Below are positions 48,549-53,311 of a stretch of 53,311 nucleotides of DNA, piece by piece; the first letter of the stretch is position 1; each line of letters begins with the position of its first letter. Both the position numbers and the translations under genes were made by a program. The stretch is from an uncultured Candidatus Saccharibacteria bacterium (GTDB lineage: Bacteria > Patescibacteriota > Minisyncoccia > Phycocordibacterales > Phycocordibacteraceae). The DNA lies in the NCBI GenBank assembly GCA_964499455.1, contig CAZCLC010000003.1:1-53311 (forward strand), in the 5' to 3' direction. The notes below the pieces were generated by a model. It saw only the letters and a list, made by a program, of their open reading frames with translations. It did no database searches and was not told the origin of the DNA.

Positions 48549-49391
48549 ATGAAATACACTATGAGAACAAAGTCGACGCAGCTACCAACACATCAAGAGT
48601 TACGAAAAATACTTGCATTTGAAGCATCAAGAGAAATCCAGCATGAAAAAGAAAGTGTTCATTATGCCAACTTTTCTACTATGATTGAACTGTTGAAGTC
48701 TTTTAATTTAAAGACCGATTTTTTTACTGAAGATTTTAGATTTGAAGATTTTGACAACAAAATACTTTTTAACGAAACTGTAAAAATGTTTAGCGACTTA
48801 GTAAATAATATTTTATCTACACAAGATGATCTTGGAAAACGAAAACTTTTTAATAACTTATATGGATATCTTTCTGAAGAAGACACACCACAAAAATCAG
48901 ATCTGATTTTTGTATTTGGCGCTAAACAAACATTTCGCATAGAAAAAGCAATTGATTTGTACAAACAAGGGTATGCACCAAGAATACTGGTGAGTGGTAG
49001 ATCGCCATCTTATGAAAATACTGCAACTATGTCTGAAGCAGAAATATTTGCGGAGTTTGCCATCAAACAGGATGTGCCCAAAGAAGATATAATTTTGGAA
49101 AAAGAATCTATAACAGTTCCAGACAATGTAAAACGGTCACTTAATTTATTAGAAAAGGAAAATATTAAACACAATAGTATTATCCTTGTAAGTTCTCCTT
49201 TTTCGCAACGACGCGGTTGGGCACATTTTAGTAAGATGAGTAAAGTCGGTACAAAAATATTACGGACGAATTCAGATAAAATATCTGATATGTTTACCAA
49301 AAACGGTTGGTATAAAAACGAAACAGGAACAAAAATAGTTGTAAAAGAGTTTTTTGCTTTACGGATTAGTGAACTAATAAATACATCTTAA
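48549..49391 (+). CDS. YdcF/DUF218-family protein with N-terminal extension
   Basis: DLIFVFG, LYKQGYAPRILVSG, SEAE, IILEKES, ILVSSPF. Confidence 0.82.
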   Translation: MKYTMRTKSTQLPTHQELRKILAFEASREIQHEKESVHYANFSTMIELLKSFNLKTDFFTEDFRFEDFDNKILFNETVKMFSDLVNNILSTQDDLGKRKLFNNLYGYLSEEDTPQKSDLIFVFGAKQTFRIEKAIDLYKQGYAPRILVSGRSPSYENTATMSEAEIFAEFAIKQDVPKEDIILEKESITVPDNVKRSLNLLEKENIKHNSIILVSSPFSQRRGWAHFSKMSKVGTKILRTNSDKISDMFTKNGWYKNETGTKIVVKEFFALRISELINTS

Positions 49392-49487
49392 ATTTGTCAT
49401 CCATAGTCTATAAGGTTATCAATTTATTGGGTTTTAGCTATATAACGGAATGCAGATGACCTACGTATATGATATGCTTCTGAGGAA

Positions 49488-49558
49488 GCGGATATGGTTT
49501 AGTGGTAAAATGCGTCCTTGCCAAGGATGAGTCGGGAGTTCGATTCTCCCTATCCGCA
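49488..49558 (+). tRNA. tRNA-Gly(GCC)
   Basis: Acceptor GCGGATA/TATCCGC, anticodon arm CGTCC-TTGCCAA-GGATG. Confidence 0.94.
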
Positions 49559-49884
49559 CAAAATACTCTATTGATTCTGTATATATTGCTAATTTAAACA
49601 TATTTGCGTGAAGTATGTAATTTCTCTGTCATATATAGACAGAGTTCATTCTTTTTGGAGCAGATTTCTATATTAAAATATATTCTTGTTGATTCTTGCT
49701 GTCCTAGTCTTTATTGCATTTAGTATTATTCCGAGATCTTGCTATTTTATAGTATAGAGTAGTGGATATTTATCCCAAATTCTTTCTGGATGTTAAATAT
49801 CTCATTATAGAAGAAATTACTTGATTTGCCGTTAAATATAATCAAATATAGTCATAAAATTACATCAAAAGGTCATTTTACAAC

Positions 49885-49944
49885 TGTGGACAAACCTGTG
49901 GATTGTGTGGACAAAGTATAAAGGACATTATTATGTTTTTTATA
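49885..49944. promoter_or_regulatory. Three DnaA-box-like sites plus an imperfect TATAAAGGACA palindrome upstream of yraN
   Basis: TGTGGACAA 49885-49893, TGTGGATTG 49897-49905, TGTGGACAA 49906-49914; TATAAAGGACA-TTATTA-TGTTTTTTATA 49917-49944. Confidence 0.55.
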
Positions 49945-50007
49945 TAAATCATTTATATACATAAGAATTAAGCCATTATTCTGTAAGTCAAGGTATACTA
50001 CGAAGAT

Positions 50008-50403
50008 ATGGACATTTCACATTTGTCTCACAAAGAAGTTGGCGATCTTGGTGAGCGTGTCGCGGCAGATTATCTACACCGAAACGGTTTTCATATTGAT
50101 GGAAGGAATATTGCGAAGAAGACTGGAGAACTTGATATTGTGGTAAGTAAAGGGAAGGTGCTTCACATTATAGAGGTGAAAAGTATTTTGTGCAATGAGT
50201 TTGCCACACATTCGCAGGAGGAAGACTCTTTTAATCCAGCAGAAAATCTACATGCTATGAAAATAAGGAAAGTGGTGCGTACTGGTGAATGGTATGTGCT
50301 TGAACGAAATTGGGAAGGGGAGTGGCAGGTGGATGGCGTTATCGTATGGCTGAGGCGTCGTGATGGCGCTGCTCGAGTGCGGTACCTACCACATATTGTA
50401 TAA
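50008..50403 (+). CDS. yraN: YraN-family nuclease
   Basis: GDLGERVAADYL, GELDIV, IEVKS (PD-(D/E)xK). Confidence 0.88.
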   Translation: MDISHLSHKEVGDLGERVAADYLHRNGFHIDGRNIAKKTGELDIVVSKGKVLHIIEVKSILCNEFATHSQEEDSFNPAENLHAMKIRKVVRTGEWYVLERNWEGEWQVDGVIVWLRRRDGAARVRYLPHIV

Positions 50404-50475
50404 TTTGGTACAATGGCTCGGTACACATATGTGCGTTATATTGAAAACAGCAATTTTTTATGTAGATGTACTTTT

Positions 50476-50546
50476 CGGGATGTGGTGTAGGGGTAGCACG
50501 AGTCCTTTGGGAGGATTTAGCCCGAGTTCGAATCTCGGCATCCCGA
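50476..50546 (+). tRNA. tRNA-Pro(TGG)
   Basis: Acceptor CGGGATG/CATCCCG, anticodon arm AGTCC-TTTGGGA-GGATT, T-loop GTTCGAATC. Confidence 0.93.
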
Positions 50547-50637
50547 CTTAATTTATATATTACGGTATGAAAAACATTATCGCCAAGACGGATAATTTTC
50601 TTTATGGTAATGTTGTGATATCTGAGGCATAGCTATT

Positions 50638-51693
50638 ATGACATATATCACAAAAATGATTGCAAATTTTTTCTCTTTAAATGGAACATTACTTATCCAT
50701 GCATTTGTTATTACATTTATAGCAATGTTTATTTTCCTTTTTTTGCGAAGCCGTCTTGTAGTTCACTTAATTAAATGGTCAAAACATACAGAAAACAAAT
50801 TAGACGATGCTGTTGCAGCTATGGTAGACAGTATTAAACCATTTTTTTATTTTGTGGTATCAATCTATTTTGGTATCCAAGTATTCGTACTTCCTCTGCC
50901 AGCAAAAATGGTCATAAATAGTATTCTTCTTCTTGTTATATCTTTTTATGGTATTCGCGCGATAATCACTGCACTCGAAATATATTTTGAACAGACAACC
51001 GTACAGAAAACTGAACTTGCGGCACGAAGATTGTTTATTACTTTAGTAAAAATAATTTTATGGACTGTTGCAATTCTTCTCCTTCTTTCTAATTTAAATA
51101 TAAACATTACTTCTCTTGTCGCTGGGCTTGGTATTGGCGGAATCGCAATTGCGTTTGCTCTCCAAAATATACTTACAGACTTATTCAGTTCATTTGCTAT
51201 TTATTTTGACAAACCGTTTATTGTTGGTGATTTTATTATTGTTGGTCAACATATGGGAACTGTTGAACGAATTGGTATTAAAACAACGCGAATCCGTGCT
51301 CTGCAAGGTGAGGAGATTGTAATATCAAATCGTGAACTTACGACAACTCGCGTACAAAATTTTCGTTCAATGAACGGGCGTAGAGTAGCAACAACTATCG
51401 GTATTGAATACAGCACACCAAAAGAAGTGATTGCTGCGCTTCCAGCAAAAATAAAAGAATGCATTACTAACGTTAAAAATGTTAAAGTTGACCGTGTGCA
51501 TTTTTCCGGCTTTGGAGATTCCGCACTTACTTTTGATTTAATTTATTATGTGCTGTCTGGAGATTATATGGAATATATGGATCGTCAACAGGAAATTAAT
51601 CTATCAATTATTGGTTTATTTGAGAAAGAAAATGTATCTTTTGCTTTTCCGTCGCAGACTGTTTATTTGCAATCTTCTTCTGCTAAAGAATAA
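50638..51693 (+). CDS. mscS: MscS-family mechanosensitive channel
   Basis: LVAGLGIGGIAIAFALQ, DKPFIVGDFI, GTVERIGIKTTRIR, FAFPSQT. Confidence 0.93.
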   Translation: MTYITKMIANFFSLNGTLLIHAFVITFIAMFIFLFLRSRLVVHLIKWSKHTENKLDDAVAAMVDSIKPFFYFVVSIYFGIQVFVLPLPAKMVINSILLLVISFYGIRAIITALEIYFEQTTVQKTELAARRLFITLVKIILWTVAILLLLSNLNINITSLVAGLGIGGIAIAFALQNILTDLFSSFAIYFDKPFIVGDFIIVGQHMGTVERIGIKTTRIRALQGEEIVISNRELTTTRVQNFRSMNGRRVATTIGIEYSTPKEVIAALPAKIKECITNVKNVKVDRVHFSGFGDSALTFDLIYYVLSGDYMEYMDRQQEINLSIIGLFEKENVSFAFPSQTVYLQSSSAKE

Positions 51694-51711
51694 TTTCAAC
51701 TGAATACATTA

Positions 51712-52905
51712 TTAAGAAGAAAGTGCTTGTATAATATAAGCTGTTAGTTTTTGTTTTATTGGGGCGAATGTTTTTATTGCTGTCGTTGTTGATTCTGAAA
51801 GCAGAACATTTAATGATTGCCCTGATTCTCGTAAGTAGTCGCGATAAATATATGAACCTGTTATAGCAGTCATGTTGCGTTTGTTTGTAGGTCCAGTAAT
51901 TGTGCTAGTGGTAATTAGAGCGATTAGCTTGTTGTAAGCATTAATTATACCGCCACCAGACGATCCTTCTTGTGCGGCAACAGTTCCACCAAGACCAACA
52001 ACATCGGCTGTGGTTGTAGCGAATGTATAAAGTTTTTTTACACTTCCGTATACAATGGTTGGATATAGTGCGGTCTGGACTATTCCATTAGAGAGGAATT
52101 GTGCTGCATATGAACCTATAACTACATTATCACCAACAAAGGGCGTGGTAGTGGCAATTGATACGAACGGAAAGGATATTGGCAGTGCAACCCCTGTGTC
52201 GCTATGTGTTACGGCTAAAATTGCAATATCATGTTCACCAGTACCGTGTGGAGTCATTTGTGCCGACGTTGTTGCGTTTGTTTTAACCCATACGCTTGAA
52301 ATGAATACAACAGTTGCGTTATAGCGATTATGCGCTGGGTTTCCGGCACGTACGATGCATTTTATCGCATTCGTAATTGGGTAATTCTTCAAAAGAAAAT
52401 ACTGTGCCACATGTGCATTAGTTAAAATATATCCGTTGGGGCTAACAAAAACGCCACTACCTGATATATATTGTTCAGTTGAGTTAGATGACCTTGTTTT
52501 GCAGAATATATTTACTAATACATCTCGTATATTACTTGCAGCTATTGAAAGTCTTTCCGGAGATTGTATTGTTTTAATTGGTAGCGGAATGTGTTTATAA
52601 AGCGTTACGTGTGTTATTGAAGAATTAGTTTTAAATGTAGATGAATCATTTTTTATTGATGTTTGATGTAATTGTGTAATTGTGGATTGTTTGTAAGGAG
52701 AAGAGTGAGACGGTGGTGATAATATAGGCAACGGAGATATATAAATATATGCTGGAACTGGCGTGTATAAAACCACAGTGGACGGTACTTGTTTTTTCAC
52801 TGAAAATGTACCACCTGAAAACATCGTCATAACAACAGCGATATATATACCACCACTAATAATTATGGCAGGATATACAAATAAATGTTTTATAGATGAT
52901 CGCAT
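51712..52905 (-). CDS. Membrane-anchored trypsin-like serine protease (no PDZ)
   Basis: GSGVFVSPNGYILTNAHV (His), EHDIAIL (Asp), EGSSGG (Ser). Confidence 0.88.
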   Translation of the reverse strand: MRSSIKHLFVYPAIIISGGIYIAVVMTMFSGGTFSVKKQVPSTVVLYTPVPAYIYISPLPILSPPSHSSPYKQSTITQLHQTSIKNDSSTFKTNSSITHVTLYKHIPLPIKTIQSPERLSIAASNIRDVLVNIFCKTRSSNSTEQYISGSGVFVSPNGYILTNAHVAQYFLLKNYPITNAIKCIVRAGNPAHNRYNATVVFISSVWVKTNATTSAQMTPHGTGEHDIAILAVTHSDTGVALPISFPFVSIATTTPFVGDNVVIGSYAAQFLSNGIVQTALYPTIVYGSVKKLYTFATTTADVVGLGGTVAAQEGSSGGGIINAYNKLIALITTSTITGPTNKRNMTAITGSYIYRDYLRESGQSLNVLLSESTTTAIKTFAPIKQKLTAYIIQALSS

Positions 52906-52965
52906 TGTCTATATATGTTACATAATTCGTGCGATAAAGTCTTGTTTTTGGTATGCTATATACGC

Positions 52966-53036
52966 GCGGGCATAGTTTAGTGGTAAAACGATTGCCTTCC
53001 AAGCAGTAGTCGGGAGTCCGATTCTCCCTGCCCGCA
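52966..53036 (+). tRNA. tRNA-Gly(TCC) with atypical T-loop
   Basis: Acceptor GCGGGCA/TGCCCGC, anticodon arm ATTGC-CTTCCAA-GCAGT, T-loop TCCGATT. Confidence 0.9.
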
Positions 53037-53064
53037 CAACATTGTTTCGCCGTGTAATAAGTTA

Positions 53065-53133
53065 GCGTGAATGACCATTGGTCATTCACGCAATGGTTGG
53101 AAGTTTAACTTCCAACCAAAACTTCCAACCATT
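53065..53133. repeat. Two abutting palindromes, the second with a duplicated arm
   Basis: GCGTGAATGACCA-T-TGGTCATTCACGC 53065-53091; TGGTTGGAAGTT-T-AACTTCCAACCA 53094-53118; AACTTCCAACCA repeated at 53120-53131. Confidence 0.82.
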
Positions 53134-53311
53134 ATGCATGTTCACCACAACATCTTAAAACAATATGCCATTAGGTTTATTGTTTACACAACACTGCGCA
53201 TCATATTTTCTTGTTTTGCGAACTCAACGTTGCCTCTCTTTATGCACGATTGCTTTCGGAGCTTTATGTATTGTGTCCACAAGCAATTCCAAAGCATTTT
53301 CAACTGTTTCA

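Noticed and set aside
49917-49944. dif site for the nearby Xer recombinase (11-6-11 layout)
   Set aside because: The arms lack the inner ATAA/TTAT register of dif, and the site is near oriC rather than the terminus; kept only as a repeat motif
44262-50000. Alternative replication origin near the parS and DnaA-box region
   Set aside because: The dnaA-dnaN spacer has the better box, trio and AT-tract layout; GC skew could not be computed
582-52975. Numerous 60-150 aa antisense or alternate-frame ORFs in the track
   Set aside because: They lie inside well-supported genes and have no recognisable motifs
1-53311. Alternative genetic code (TGA=Gly), introns, DGR or retron
   Set aside because: Genes are intact in code 11 with TGA used as stop (polA, yebC); no reverse transcriptase or split gene was seen

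Overview
An AT-rich, gene-dense bacterial chromosome segment spanning the replication origin (rpmH-dnaA-oriC-dnaN). Gene content points to a Patescibacteria/CPR organism, most likely Parcubacteria (inference): compact PolA, short YebC, N-terminally truncated MurE, many CPR-style hypotheticals, and a chromosomal VirB4/PrgI/VirB6/VirB2-pilin cluster next to oriC. It holds about 47 CDS (replication and repair, peptidoglycan, type IV pilus/competence, T4SS-like), seven tRNAs and no rRNA, CRISPR or intact mobile element. The most unusual signals are mostly non-coding: (i) six parS-like sites at 46.3-47.3 kb, two of them inside long perfect palindromes; (ii) two candidate minus-strand structured RNAs (13268-13408 and 46151-46234) that share two 8-mers; (iii) a multi-branched foldable element at 33-322; (iv) several unrelated loop-less palindromes of 25-54 bp; (v) pervasive leaderless-type promoter geometry. 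Also notable: an inosine-independent Arg tRNA set, tRNA genes ending in CAA instead of CCA, loss of Zn-cysteine motifs in PilB, ComM and DksA, and acid-residue-poor exported proteins. All calls come from reading motifs by eye; no searches were run.
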